The notes under the pieces are model-generated. The model was not told the origin of the DNA. It ran no database searches and saw nothing but the letters and a program-made list of their open reading frames with translations. 64,000 bases of DNA from Eledone cirrhosa. Taxonomy: Eukaryota. A program made the translations under genes and the position numbers. Below, piece after piece: positions 1-14,876 of the stretch; positions within the stretch are counted from its first letter, which is position 1, and each line of letters starts with the position of its first letter. The stretch spans positions 369,954,001 through 370,018,000 of the forward strand of contig OZ024741.1 of the NCBI GenBank assembly GCA_964016885.1. Reading direction: 5' to 3'.

Positions 1-483
<483 letters not shown>

Positions 484-687
484 GTGGGGGAGTGAAAGAA
501 AGAGGAGGTAATGTAGGTGTGTAGACGTGTGCGTATTTATTTGATATAGCATGTAACATCTGTACATCTGTCGCTCTCATCCGACCTATCTCTATATACT
601 CCCATGGATATTTACATACATACATCGACTCCTTATACATTATTATTATCATCATTATTATTTATGCATAGTTTATTTATGTTATCC

Positions 688-830
688 AGCATAGTTACGT
701 CCCTTTACGATCTGAGTTCAAATCCCGCCGAGGTAGACTTTGCCTTTCATCCTTACGGGGTCGATAAAATAAAGTACCAGTAATGCACTGGATAATTGCT
801 GGCCTTGTGCCTAAAGTAGAAACAATTATT
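688..830 (+). mobile_element. tRNA-derived SINE, Meta-domain-like (5' truncated)
   Basis: B-box GAGTTCAAATCCC, then GCCTTTCATCCTTACGGGGTCGATAAAATAAAGTACCAG, 3' GGCCTTGTGCCTAAAGTAGAAAC and (ATT)n tail; many copies in window. Confidence 0.85.
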
Positions 831-909
831 ATTTATTCATAGTTTATTTTATATTTTTATATCTTCATTGTCAAATTAGTCTTGCCACTGTGCACTTTTA
901 CTCGAAATT

Positions 910-982
910 ATTGTAAACCCCCACTGTCCCTGTCTTTGTATTGTCCCCTACATGTCGGCCCTTGTGGCTAATAAATGAAATC
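910..982 (+). mobile_element. Isolated 3' tip of the Tx1/L1-like LINE
   Basis: TGTCTTTGTATTGTCC...GCCCTTGTGGC.AATAAA matches 6751-6800. Confidence 0.6.
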
Positions 983-1354
983 ATCATTATTATTATTGCT
1001 GGCCTTGTGTCTTATATTAGAAACCATTATTATTATTATTGCTTTTGTTTTTCTTATCATTACTGATTTATATTATTATGTTTTTATATACGTCGTGCCC
1101 TGCAGATAATTCCTTCATCAGCTGTCAACTGGTAATCACAACGATTTCGACATCTGACAGACTTGATTCCTCCAGCGGTGCCGAGCATCATTCATGTCAC
1201 CATAGATCTCTGGATTCTTATGAGCCACAATGAAGCATAGGCATATGAATGTTAAAATATATGTATAATAAGAGAATATATATATATATATATGTATATA
1301 TATAACTTTATACAATTGCCTCCTGTGTTTTGTTTGTTCATTTTCAGCTATATA

Positions 1355-1418
<64 letters not shown>

Positions 1419-1421
<3 letters not shown>

Positions 1422-1515
1422 ATAATAATAAATTTGAAGACTAAAATCCAAAGAGGGTTCGATAAGGATGAATATATATCAAATATATAAGAACCGTAGA
1501 GCAAATATTTATTAT
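1419..1515 (-). mobile_element. Short TA-anchored repeat family D (also 2931-2992 -, 15165-15256 +, partial 44585-44625)
   Basis: GTAATAATAATAAATTTGAAGACTAAAATCCAAAGAGGG.TCGATAAGGA repeated next to (TA)n. Confidence 0.7.
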
Positions 1516-1572
1516 TTTATTTAATAATATATATATATATATATACTCTTTAATATACATATATTTTAACAA

Positions 1573-1647
<75 letters not shown>

Positions 1648-1654
1648 TAAATAA

Positions 1655-1870
1655 ATATACACGGGTGTGTATGATTGTGTATAGAAGATTACATTAATAA
1701 AAGGAATTCCAACTTTGTCTGATTTACTCGTTTTATTTACAATCCTTTAAAATTTATAATGGTATTAGAATGAAATAGTATGGTAGAATATTTAATTCTA
1801 AGTGTTAATTGAACAAGTACTTTCATGCTTTCGCAATCTTCAGGTTCATATTCTGTGGTGACAATCAAGT
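1655..1870 (-). mobile_element. TA-anchored element family E (further copies 27150-27268, 27398-27605, 27627-27788)
   Basis: Near-identical sequence at four loci, adjacent to (TA)n/(GA)n; carries an HHR-like motif. Confidence 0.8.
1810..1848 (-). ncRNA. Hammerhead ribozyme-like motif lacking stem II (family E; copy at 27552-27590)
   Basis: Minus strand UGAAC CUGAAGA UUGC GAAA GCAUGAAAGUAC UU GUUCA; stem I UGAAC/GUUCA. Confidence 0.6.
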
Positions 1871-2159
1871 TTGCAATTTTCAACTGTGAAAATTGCACAC
1901 AGGAATGGGATATAAGATCACCTGCTGAAGGGGAAAAAGCAGGAGAACACCTATGAGTCATGACATAGGAAGGCTTAGTTCCCTTATAGCATTGGTTCCC
2001 CCAAAGTCTTTTTTTTCTGGGCCTCCTTTCGGAATGAACATTTTCTCGCGCCCCACCAAATTTTATGCGAGGAAAATATCACAATGATAAAATCGGTCGA
2101 AAATTATTTGTCACTATTTATACTAGGACTCATGCACGCAATTCCATGTAATCCATAGT

Positions 2160-2357
2160 AATTGTTTCTACTTTTGACACAAGGCCAGCAATTATCCCAG
2201 TGTACTTTATTTTATCAGTGGTACTTTATTTTATCGACCCCGTAAAGATGATAGGCAAAGTTAACCTCCGCGGGATTTGAACACAGATCATATTGGGCCG
2301 TAACTCTATGCTGCAAAGCATGGCATCCGACCCTCTACCGATACTGCCAATCCACCG
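2160..2357 (-). mobile_element. Meta-domain-like SINE
   Basis: Reverse complement of the SINE consensus including head GGATTGGCAGTATCGGTAGAGGGTCGG. Confidence 0.85.
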
Positions 2358-2801
2358 ATATGAGACAACATAATACACACCTTAACAGAGCTCACACACA
2401 CACACACACACCGTAACAGCACGCGATACACAGACCTTAACACAGCTTACATACACATACACACATGCACGTACTTTAACACAACACAGCACATACACAT
2501 ACACAGAAGATGTGTGTGTGTGTTGTGCTGGATTTCTGTCAAATCCTACGACGAGCGTTCAACGAAACAGTCTATCCGAAAATAAAAATGTAAATTTTGA
2601 AATCATATTTATCTTTGGCATATTTGTTTTTTGAAGCTCTTTCTAAATCTTTCATTGTCTTTCAATCATACCGCCTTACCTGCTATCATCTTCCGCCGAA
2701 CCTATGAGGCACGCCGCACCGTTTCGGGAAAGACTTGTTTGATGGCAGATTTTCCTCTGAAGATCCTCCTGGTCTCGCTCACTCCGTCGTCAGTTTTCAC
2801 C

Positions 2802-2916
<115 letters not shown>

Positions 2917-2993
2917 TATATATATATATAGTAATAATAATAAATTTGAAGACTAAAATCCAAAGAGGGCTCGATAAGGATAAATATATATCA

Positions 2994-3096
<103 letters not shown>

Positions 3097-3307
3097 TGTG
3101 TGTGTGTGTTTGTTTATACATGTGCATACACACGAGTTGCTAAAGCATCGGATTAGAAATGACTCAGTATTTATTCTAGCTCATTGCACATTCAGTTCAA
3201 ATATTGGCAAGGTCAATTTTGCCTTTCATCCTTTTGCGGTAGATAAATTGAGCAACAATGCAGTAATGGGGGTCGATTACCCTTCTCTCGTTCTCTCTCC
3301 CTCGTGC

Positions 3308-3679
<372 letters not shown>

Positions 3680-3682
<3 letters not shown>

Positions 3683-4181
3683 CGAAGGAAATGTGGTAAG
3701 GAACCAGGTGGACCATAACGCACTAAAGTACTCAATACTTAGGGTAGTAGAGTGGGTAATAGGAACGAGTAGGACCCCGACGGCTGAGCTCAACCAAAAC
3801 ACAGTCACCCAAACGCGAACACACACCAAACACTATACACACACAAACGCATGCGCAGAGAAGAAGACAAAAATAAATAAATAAATAATCAGATAAAATA
3901 AAAATGGCGTAGACATACAATACAACAGGAGGAACATAATAGTACCACTGATGATGTTGCAGATGTGCAACGAAAGAACTTTGTTAGACTATATATATGT
4001 GTTTATATCTATATTATATCTGTATTTTTGACCGTTGGTCAGTCAATGATAATCATTGAGGACCAAATGAATTAACTGTGGAGATATAAATGATACAGAA
4101 GCGAAAACCAACCAAACAGTGAGTGTGTTCTGTTATTATTTCTGGTAATATGATTACAACAATATGACCCTCCCCAAGTAT

Positions 4182-4188
<7 letters not shown>
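3680..4188. mobile_element. Head-to-head hybrid: family A (-, 3680-3793) fused to family B (+, about 3794-4188)
   Basis: Both arms match other copies in the window; both outer ends run into (TA)n. Confidence 0.75.
3939..3992 (+). ncRNA. Minimal type I HHR, family B (copies 23888-23941 +, 41110-41163 -)
   Basis: CUGAUGA U GUUGCA gaug UGCAAC GAAA GAAC UU; perfect 6-bp stem II; imperfect stem I. Confidence 0.7.
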
Positions 4189-4229
<41 letters not shown>

Positions 4230-4361
4230 CCAAATTATCTGGCCTTTATAACGTATGTTAATTGCTCTGGTCTTCTTTTAGTCCATTGAGCGCTTGCCGC
4301 ATATCTCGAGGATTGCGTTTCGTTTTGTTTAGGCCACCGCCGAAATACGATCTCGCTGAAA

Positions 4362-4421
<60 letters not shown>

Positions 4422-4441
4422 GTGTGTATATATATATATAA

Positions 4442-4487
<46 letters not shown>

Positions 4488-4501
4488 GTGTATATACATA
4501 A

Positions 4502-4539
<38 letters not shown>

Positions 4540-4793
4540 CTATAAAAAAAAAATATATATATATATATATATGCATGTGTGTGTGCGTCAGTCTGAATGA
4601 ATGACAGAAATGTTTAAAGAAGCGTACAGCAATGGCGACAGCAAACAGAAAAAGTGAATGGAGAAAAAGACCAACGACTTAAACTGCCTCGTCATCAGCT
4701 ATTTATCGGACATCATCGTCCTTTCAACACCTCTAATACCTACTTACTTTATCAATGTTACGTAGCCTTTCGCTACAACACCCTAAAGTCTTA

Positions 4794-4824
<31 letters not shown>

Positions 4825-4980
4825 TGTATGTATGTATGTATGTATGTATGTATGTATGTATGTATGTATGTATATGTGTATGTATGTATGTATGTATGTA
4901 TGTATGTATGTATGTATGTATGTATGTATGCATGTATGTATGTACGTATGCATGCATGTATGTGTGCATGCATGTATGTA

Positions 4981-5033
<53 letters not shown>

Positions 5034-5064
5034 ATGTGTGTGTAGTTATATATATATGTGTGTG

Positions 5065-5113
<49 letters not shown>

Positions 5114-5553
5114 CTGATGTGTACATATGTGATTGTGCATATGTTATTGAACATTGAAAACAAGCAGTTAACGGCTGAGAGGGGACAATAAAGTGACGAA
5201 TGTCGTGACAGCTATGAGTACGAAAGTAGGGAAAAACTAGAAGAAAGAAGTAAGGGGAGGTAATACGACTGGGAAGTGATGGGAAAAGGTTGGAAAGTAA
5301 TAGGTGTGAAGGTAAACAGGGCCAGCGATGAAAGGATAGGTGACTTATGCTGATGTCTCTATTAAGAGAAATGGGTTTGTGTATAAGTGTAGGGTGTAGA
5401 CATGAAGGTAAAGGCTGAAGAGAAAGAATGAATGAGAGATGAACATCTATCCCTTTACCTATCTCTCTGTCTATTAAATATATATATATGTATATGTATG
5501 TATAAGAACACACACACGCGCGCACACACACATATATATATATATATATATAA

Positions 5554-5649
<96 letters not shown>

Positions 5650-5665
5650 ATATATATATAAATAC

Positions 5666-5723
<58 letters not shown>

Positions 5724-5747
5724 GTGTGTGTGTGTTGTGTGGGTGTG

Positions 5748-5795
<48 letters not shown>

Positions 5796-6009
5796 TACAG
5801 TGTGCGAAAGATGGATCTTGATAAAAGGTGATCGTGAGATTGTGGATTGGTGTGAAATGGTCAAAACTGGCAGAGAGAAAGTAGTGAGACAGAAAAAGAG
5901 AGAGAGGGTAAGAATAGGGAAGAGGGGAGGATATAGGAAGGGGGAAAGAGGAGATGTCCAGATGGACAAACTGTGAAATTGGCTGGTTATGGAAGGTTGT
6001 GAGAATATA

Positions 6010-6800
6010 TGTCTATCCAGTCTGTTCGGTAGGACTTTCCGCCCGGGACCTATGGACAACTTCCAGAGTTCTCTGGCCTGGCAGTGCTACCAAGGAGCTC
6101 TACTCGTTCGAGGTAAGATCTACAGGCACGGAGGCCCCGGCAGGGATCCTTCCAAGACGACGTGTCCAAGATGCGAGCGAGCAGGACATTGAAACCGTCT
6201 TGCTCGCAATTATACACTGCCCGGGCGTAAGCGACTTGTGGAACTATGCAGAACAACTGCTGTCGCGTATGGGAAAATCCAGTTGACTGCCGAGTCCACA
6301 GTCAGGATCAAACCGCCAGTCTCTTTCAAAAACGAAAGCGAGGCGGTTTTCCTCTGTACAGTGGCTATGGTGAAAGAGGTTATATGGTGGACGAGATTGA
6401 GAGGACTGAAGACAGATGCCTTTCTCTCCGGACAACAACTCATTCCCTTCTTTAAGTATCACTTTAGAAGGAGAATCAGAGTGGAGAGAGAGGCACTTCA
6501 CTCTAGTAAATTTACTGAAAGGTGGGTGAATGAAGCGAAAATGGCCCGAGTGATTGGGCCTTCTCTGTTTATAAGCCTGTAAGTTAAAGAAGAGAGCAAA
6601 AGGAAGAAAGGAGCGCTTGCACAACACGCTCCTGAAGTTGAGGGTTGTTCTATCGACGGTGTATTAAACAACCCATTTGTGACCCTATTGGGGATTTCGA
6701 TTGTTATAATTGTTTGTTTTTACACGACTGTATGTAAAATCCCCGGCATGTGTCTTTGTATTGTCCTCTTTTCTTGTGTGCCCTTGTGGCAAATAAAGAA
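6010..6800 (+). mobile_element. 3' fragment of Tx1/L1-clade LINE ORF2 (frameshifted) plus 3' UTR
   Basis: [15 protein letters not shown]....ETV.....HCP....LW zinc-binding C-terminal motif split over three frames; stop at 6582; AATAAA near 6792. Confidence 0.75.
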
Positions 6801-6933
6801 ATATATCTATTTATCTATGGTGATGGTGTTGGTGTTGATGGTGGTTATGTAGCTCTGGTGATATAGATGGTGATGTCAGTAATGGTTGTATACACCAAAC
6901 ACACATACACATATCACACACACATCACACACA

Positions 6934-6964
<31 letters not shown>

Positions 6965-7032
6965 TCTGTATACAGATACACATATACATACATATACATT
7001 CGTGTTATATTATATATGTATAACTTTATACA

Positions 7033-7219
7033 TTATTGTTTCTACTTTTGGCACAAGGCCAGCAATTATCGAGTGTATTACTGGTACTTTATTTTACCGA
7101 CCCCGTAAGGATGAAAGGCAAAGTTAACCTCGGCGGCATTTGAACTCAGATCATAAAGGGCCGTAACTCTTTGCTGCAAAGCATGGCGTCCTACCCTCTA
7201 CCGATACTGCCAATCCACC
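7033..7219 (-). mobile_element. Meta-domain-like SINE
   Basis: Full match to the SINE consensus on the minus strand. Confidence 0.85.
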
Positions 7220-7440
7220 CATATAACTTTATATATAATATTATATATTTATATATATATGTATATATATATGCATATATATATGTGTGTGTGTGTGAGA
7301 ACATGTGTGTGTGTATGTATGTGTGTGTGCGTATGTGTATGATGGCTGCAAACAAAGGCTAAGAGTATCGCAATCGCTTGTCAGATTCATATGTGTGACG
7401 CTCCGATATGGCTTTTCAAGACCACGAGAGACTTATATAT

Positions 7441-7487
7441 ATTCCTGATGATTTCTCAAGAATGAAACAGTTCTAGTCCTGTAGAAT
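7441..7487 (+). ncRNA. Type I HHR in a TA-anchored element (about 7340-7574)
   Basis: AUUC CUGAUGA U UUCU CA AGAA U GAAA CAG uucuaguc CUG UA GAAU; stems I-III all pair; GUA cleavage triplet. Confidence 0.8.
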
Positions 7488-7572
7488 CTCATCTATATTA
7501 ACTTTTATACTCTGCTATGTATTGAGTACCTTACTTACTGTGGTTACCTGCAATTCAACCCGGAATAACTTA

Positions 7573-8407
<835 letters not shown>

Positions 8408-8409
<2 letters not shown>

Positions 8410-8857
8410 CGTTTCTGAATTTGTTTAGCAAGATTCTTTATCTGAAATCGTGTGTTGAAACCGATATTGTTATACTTTGGGAGGGTCATGTTGCTAATAA
8501 GAAACACACGCACCAGTTGCTTTCACTTCAATTTATTATAATGAATTTATAAATTTATAAATTTCTGGTTGGTTGGTTGGTTCCACAACCAGATAGTTGT
8601 TTATATATTGTCATAGTTCTTTCGTCACACACTCTGTGACCTCTTCAGAAAAGAAAGGAATCCCCAGTCACTGAAGAGGTCACAGAGTGTGTGACGAAAG
8701 AACTATGACAATATATAAACAACTACCTGGTTGTGGAACCAACCAACCAACCAGAAATTTATAAATTTATAAATTTATTATAAATTTATTATAATAAATT
8801 GAAGTGAAAGCAACTGGTGCGTGTGTTTCTTATTGGCAACATGACCCTCCCAAAGTA

Positions 8858-8861
<4 letters not shown>
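8408..8861. mobile_element. Family B' fold-back element (related copy 48018-48465 +)
   Basis: Arms 8408-8648 (-) and 8649-8861 (+) are near-perfect reverse complements over their shared length; TA tracts on both sides. Confidence 0.85.
8667..8709 (+). ncRNA. Minimal type I HHR, family B' (copy 48216-48258)
   Basis: GUCA CUGAAGA G GUCACA gagug UGUGAC GAAA GAAC UA UGAC; stem I GUCA/UGAC. Confidence 0.82.
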
Positions 8862-8927
<66 letters not shown>

Positions 8928-8931
<4 letters not shown>

Positions 8932-9055
8932 CCGTCGAAACGGCTTGAGCTCAGCCGTCGGGGTCTTACTTGTTCCTATTACCCACTCTACTACCCTAAG
9001 TATTGAGTACTTTGGTGCGTTATGGTCCACCTGGTTCCTTGCCACTTTTCCTTCG

Positions 9056-9058
<3 letters not shown>
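8928..9058 (+). mobile_element. Family A element 3' part (other copies 13884-14070, 17807-18030, 24222-24270, 28960-29070, 29555-29695, 56961-57160)
   Basis: Shared GAAACGGC..GCCGTCGGGGTC...CCACCTGGTTCCTT.CCAC...CTTCGTTATATA. Confidence 0.85.
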
Positions 9059-9139
<81 letters not shown>

Positions 9140-10012
9140 TTATGTATGTATGTATTTATGTATGTATGTATTTATGTATGTATGTATGTATGTATGTATG
9201 TATGTATGTATGTATGTATGTATGTATGTATGTATGTATATATATATATATTTTGTTTATTCATATTCACTGTAATATATATATATTTCGGTGATAACCA
9301 TTATTCAACAGCTATGACCTCATCAGGCAGCTAGAACTTGAACAGAAAAAAAAATGAAAAACATAATGGTGGAACAAAGTTTACCTCCGTTATTTCGGTC
9401 CTTTGATATTCCCTGTCCTTAAGTATGGTGTTCTTTTCTCAAAGAACTGTAGGCACATATATATATATATATAATTAGTTCATAACTGTGGCATTACACA
9501 AATACTCAAGTTTCCTTGGGTTTAATACCAACTCATTCAGTTTGCCATATCATAATGGAGTTATTTCCGGGGTGATTCTTGATTGTGATGGAGAGGTCTA
9601 GAGCTAAGTGTAGAAAACTTAAAAAGAATCTCGATTAATTACATAATTTATTGTTAGACTCTATATGTGTAAAGGAGAGAATGGGGACTTGTGTATTGAG
9701 TGACGGCACGTACATAAATAACATACTTTCGCTCTGCTAATGTAGGGTGTGGATTTTTCCACTATCACTATCCTCTATTTAATGGAGAACACTGTGCCGC
9801 TTCTTTTGAGGTTTCCCATGTGGTTTGCGAGCTTACTGATATGTTTTTTTTGTCAGGATGTTTGAAGGTTATTTCATGGTTCAGGAAACGACTTTGAAAC
9901 GGTTCTCTGACATACCTACATGTGTCCAGGCTTCTTATTAGCGTCTGCTTCATATATCCCCGCTGGAGTGTTGCACTGTTAGTCGATGTGGCATGTGTAG
10001 AACAGATATATA

Positions 10013-10217
<205 letters not shown>

Positions 10218-10507
10218 TATATATATATACATATATAAATTCATATATATATATATATATATACATATATATATTCATATAATGGAATAGAATGAAATGA
10301 AATTTCATTTCTCACTCTTAGTACAGCACTTACTTAAATGTAAGTATGTATGTATACGTACATACATATATGAATACAGACGTACAGTAGCATGTATATA
10401 TATATATATATATATACATATACATACAGGCACACATATATATATGTACGTATCAGTTTAGCGAACATTCAACTTTCGAACGTTCAACTATCTGGCCGAA
10501 GGGTATA

Positions 10508-10548
10508 CGGTGCTGACGATAGCTAACAAGCTTGAAACTAGTACATCG
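10508..10548 (+). ncRNA. Minimal type I HHR, family G
   Basis: CGGUG CUGACGA U AGCU aaca AGCU U GAAA CUAG UA CAUCG; palindromic stem III ACUAGU. Confidence 0.85.
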
Positions 10549-10962
10549 TTCCTGTGTCAGTGTTCAACAAAAAGATGACGTGGTTGCCTTAACACCGTAC
10601 GGCATAAATCAGGCTGTCCGTTTGTTTACAAACGAACAAAGCGAACATTTTAATAAATGTTCGCTAAACTGATACGTACATATATATATGTGTGCCTGTA
10701 TGTATATATATGTATATATATATACATGCTACTGTACGTCTGTATGCATATATGTATGTACGTATACATACATACTTACATTGAAGTAAGTGCCGTACTA
10801 AGAGTGAGAAATGAAATTTCATTTCATTCTATTCCATTTTATCGTTTTCGGTGCGCCTGGCCGACTGAACTCACTCGATATGCAAATTAGGCTGCTCAGC
10901 CGTTAATTTTCATAAGGAAAATATATACTTTCGAACGTTCAACCATCTGGCAGAAGGGTATA

Positions 10963-11003
10963 CGGTGCTGATGATAGCTAACAAGCTTGAAACTAGTACA
11001 TCG
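10963..11003 (+). ncRNA. Minimal type I HHR, family G second tandem copy (third copy 61247-61287)
   Basis: Same fold with CUGAUGA core. Confidence 0.85.
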
Positions 11004-11240
11004 TTCCTGTGTCAGTGTTGAACAAAAAGGTGACGTGGTTGCCTTAACACCGTACGGCATAAATTCAGGCTGTCCGTTTGTTTACAAACGAACAAAGCGA
11101 ACATTATAATAAATGTTCGCTAAACTGATACGTACATATATATATGTGTGCCTGTATGTATATATATGTATATATATATATATACATGCTACTGTGCGTC
11201 TGCATGCATATATGTATGTACGTATACATACATACTTATA

Positions 11241-11279
<39 letters not shown>

Positions 11280-11467
11280 GATATTAAACAAATGGAAACT
11301 ATATTTATAAAACCATATTTATTTCATTATACATATTTCAGGGATACCATATTAAAAATATGGCATGCCTTCTTCAGATAAAATACAATATATAAGCAGT
11401 TTTATAAATAAATTTGACGTACCATAAATATTGATCAACTTCCATGTACGAAGTTGGTTTATATATA

Positions 11468-11507
<40 letters not shown>

Positions 11508-11508
<1 letters not shown>

Positions 11509-11770
11509 GTGGCTTAGTAGTTAGAACATTAGGCTCTCAATCGGAAGTGTGAGTTCGATTCTCGGACCGGGTGATGCGTTGTGTTCTTGAGCAAGGCACT
11601 TTATTTTCACGTTACTCCAGTTTACTCAGCTGTAGAAATGAATTGTGAAGCTGTATCGGCCATTGCTTTTCCCTAGGACAACATCGATGGTGTGGAGAGG
11701 GGAGGGTAGTATGCATGGGTGACTACTGGTCTTCCACAAACGACCTTGCCTGGAATTTTGCCTCGGCGAA
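11508..11770 (+). mobile_element. CORE-like tRNA-derived SINE (others 21535-21848 -, 24860-25022 -, 29140-29255 -, 32040-32230 -, 38753-38965 +, 58612-58890 -)
   Basis: A box GTGGCTTAGT.GTTAG, B box GAGTTCGATTC, CORE-like GTGT.CTTGAGCAAG.CACTT...CTGTAGAAATG. Confidence 0.8.
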
Positions 11771-11779
11771 CCACCCCAT

Positions 11780-12578
11780 AATCCAACCAACCTACCAAAC
11801 ATCCCATTCAAACAACAAATCCACCATCCGACCAGCCAAATTTTCAACCTACCAACCCACCAACCAACCAACCAACCAACCCACCAACCAGCCAACCAAC
11901 CCTCCAACCAACCCACCAACCAACCCACCAACCAACCAACCAACCCTCCAACCAACCCACCAACCAACCCACCAACCAACCCTCCAACCAACCCTCCAAC
12001 CAACGCACCAACCAACCAACCCACCAACCAACCAACCAACCCTCCAACCAACCCACCAACCAACCAAACAAACATCCAACCAACCAACCCTCCTCCAACC
12101 AACCCACCAACCAACCAACCCACCAACCAACCAACCCTCCAACCAACCCACCAACCAAACAAACATCCAACCAACCAACCCTCCAACCAACCCACCAACC
12201 AACCAACCCACCAACCAACCAACCCTCCAACCAACCCACCAACCAACCAACCAACCAACCAACCAACCAACCAACCAACCAACCAACCAACCAACTCTCC
12301 AACCAACCCACCAACCAACCAACCAACCAACCAACCAACCAACCAACCCTCCAACCAACCCACCAACTAACCAACCAACCAACCAACCCTCCAACCCACC
12401 AACCAACCAAACAAACATCCAACCTACCAACCCTCCAACCAACCCACCAACCAACCAACCAACCAACCAACCAACCAACCCTCCAACCCACCAACCAACC
12501 AAACAAACATCCAACCAACCCACCAACCAACCAAACAAACATCCAACCAACAGTCCAACATTCCACCCAACCAACCAT
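11780..12578. repeat. Degenerate (CCAA)n satellite with CCCT/CCCA/AAACAT variants
   Basis: Directly visible. Confidence 0.95.
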
Positions 12579-13249
12579 TTATTCACAATGTCTTAACTTC
12601 TCACCACACAATAATCTGTAGGGTTCGTGGAGAGGCTTTATAGTATTTATTTATTTAATTTTGTAATTGTTTATATATTTGTTTGTTTCATATTTGTTCA
12701 TTTATTTATTTATTTGCTTATTGCCGTCTCTTTCTAAGTGTCTTTAAAGGTTTAGAATTAAAGGGTGCCGTGTCTAAGGTAATCTGACTGAGGGTGTGAA
12801 GGTAGAGCGTTAAAGGGGTGGAGCAAAGATGGTATTAGATACATTTCTGAAATTGACAGACGTCAACCGGAGAGTGGTGATGAAAGGGGTGTTTAGTGCA
12901 TGTGTATGTGTGTTTGTAATTGTGAGTGTGTGTCTGTGCTTGTGTATTGCAATTATGTGTGCGTATGCGTGCGTATCTTTGTGTATGTTTGTGATGTACT
13001 TGGGGTGGTTCCCATTTATAAAGCTGCTCATTTATTTCCATTTTGTGTGTATATGCGTGTGCGTGTGTGTGTGTTTGTGTCTGTGTACATGTGTGTATAT
13101 GCGTGTGTGTTTATATAGTTGTATTGTGTTTGTGTGTGTATGTATGTGTTTGTGTGTGTGTGTATGTATGTGTATGTGTGTGTATGTGTGTGTATTTGTG
13201 TGCGCGCGTGTAAATTTCGTTTCTATATGTCATATACACGGATACAGCA

Positions 13250-13800
13250 AGGCCGAATGGTTAAGGAGTTCGTTTCCCAATCATTAGGTTCCGAGTTCGA
13301 GCCCACTGCATGGCATCTTGGACATGTGTTATTTACCACATTGGAAGGCCAACCCAAGCCTCTTGAGTGAAATTGGGTTGATGGAATCTGCTGGGAAACT
13401 GGTTGAACTGTATATGTTACACAAGAGCCAACCATGCTAAAAAACGTGTCGTCCTGAATCTCCCTAATGGTACACGTGTCTGTGGAATATTAAGCCATTT
13501 AGAGTATGATACAAAATGGACCTTATTTGTAATTCGAAGGGCTAGCTCTCCTAAACACAGTGTTACACAGAATCTCCCTGAGAATTACGTTATTGGTACA
13601 TGTGTCGATGGAATGCTAAGCCATTTAGAGTATGATACAAGATGGACTTCATTTGTAATTCAGTGTTACACTGAATCTCCTCGATAATTACGTTAAGGGT
13701 ACACGTGTCTGTAAAGTGAACGACCACTTGTATGATAACTTCATGAGAATCCTGATTCGGTGATAGAACAAATGGAAAATTGTCGTCGAAACCGACCTGG
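13250..13800 (+). mobile_element. Third tRNA-derived SINE type with internally triplicated 3' segment
   Basis: GGCCGAATGGTTAAGG A box and GAGTTCGAGCCC B box; GAATCTCC...GGTACAC/TGTGTC recurs near 13456, 13570 and 13673. Confidence 0.6.
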
Positions 13801-13835
13801 GCCCACTCTATATTTCATTTGTCATTTATTGTGTC

Positions 13836-13873
<38 letters not shown>

Positions 13874-14068
13874 GAGAGAGATATAGGAAAGGAGTCAGGA
13901 TCCCGAGGGCTGAGGTGCGGCCGTTTCGATAGCTAGATCAAGCTGTCGAAACGGCCGCACCTCAGCCGTCGGGGTCCTGACTCTTTTCTTATTACCCACT
14001 CTACAACTCTAAGTATCGAGTACTCTGGTGTGTTATGGTCCACCTGGTAACTTACCTCATCTTCTTTG

Positions 14069-14127
<59 letters not shown>

Positions 14128-14277
14128 AGCAAATTATAAACGTAAACATGTAAGTATGTAACATAATAAATATGTTAGACTTATGTGCTTCTCAATAAAT
14201 TAGCTCAATAGACATTATCCAGTCTACAATATACTGTGTCTTCTCTCTATACATATATATATCTTCTACTTTTCACT

Positions 14278-14405
<128 letters not shown>

Positions 14406-14419
14406 ATTTGTTTTGTCCG

Positions 14420-14461
<42 letters not shown>

Positions 14462-14794
14462 AAAGTATGTGTTCCTGCATGTAAATAATATACATAGGGA
14501 TACAAGTATAGTCCGACCGTATGCAAGTGTGGTTCAATGGCAAGTTAATAAATTAACAAGCCAGAACATATAAAATCAAGGAAAAGCAAATAAAGAATTA
14601 TTTACATGCAGAAACACTTCCTTTTATTATTATTCACCCCAACGGTAGAGAAACCTTTGGTCATTTGAACGGCTGCTATTTTTTTTCAGTCTTTGCACAC
14701 GGTACTAGACAAAATTGTTCATCATTCATTTGTTGGGGCAGTTTTGTATGGCGCCAGTTTGTATTTTGAACTCGGGAATCTCCGGGAGAGAAAA

Positions 14795-14876
14795 GCCTTC
14801 TGACGAGGATCTCTTTCTCAATGGAAATCCGCTTGGATTATCTATTTGTTTTGGGATCTGAAACCGCGGTAAAGGC
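14795..14876 (+). ncRNA. Type I HHR with extended stem II loop, in a TA-anchored element (about 14640-14950)
   Basis: GCCUU CUGACGA GGAUCUC (37 nt) GGGAUCU GAAA CCGCGG UA AAGGC; palindromic stem III ACCGCGGU. Confidence 0.85.

Larger units (their letters stand above)
10281..11238. mobile_element. Family G: about 455-bp tandem HHR-bearing unit (1.7 copies, 10472-11238) with inverted arm 10281-10469; retrozyme/pLTR-like
   Basis: ACTTTCGAACGTTC at about 10472 and 10927; one HHR in each unit; a further fold-back copy at 60998-61422. Confidence 0.85.

Noticed and set aside
1095-1155. Minus-strand GAAA...CUGAUGA as a type II HHR (similar partial motifs near 4690, 41730, 63900)
   Set aside because: Stems I and II could not be paired convincingly; possibly decayed pLTR remnants
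11508-11575. tRNA gene
   Set aside because: A and B boxes run into a CORE-like SINE body; SINE head, no intact cloverleaf
11626-12596. Long QPTN / GWLV ORFs on both strands
   Set aside because: Degenerate (CCAA)n repeat with no unique flanking coding sequence
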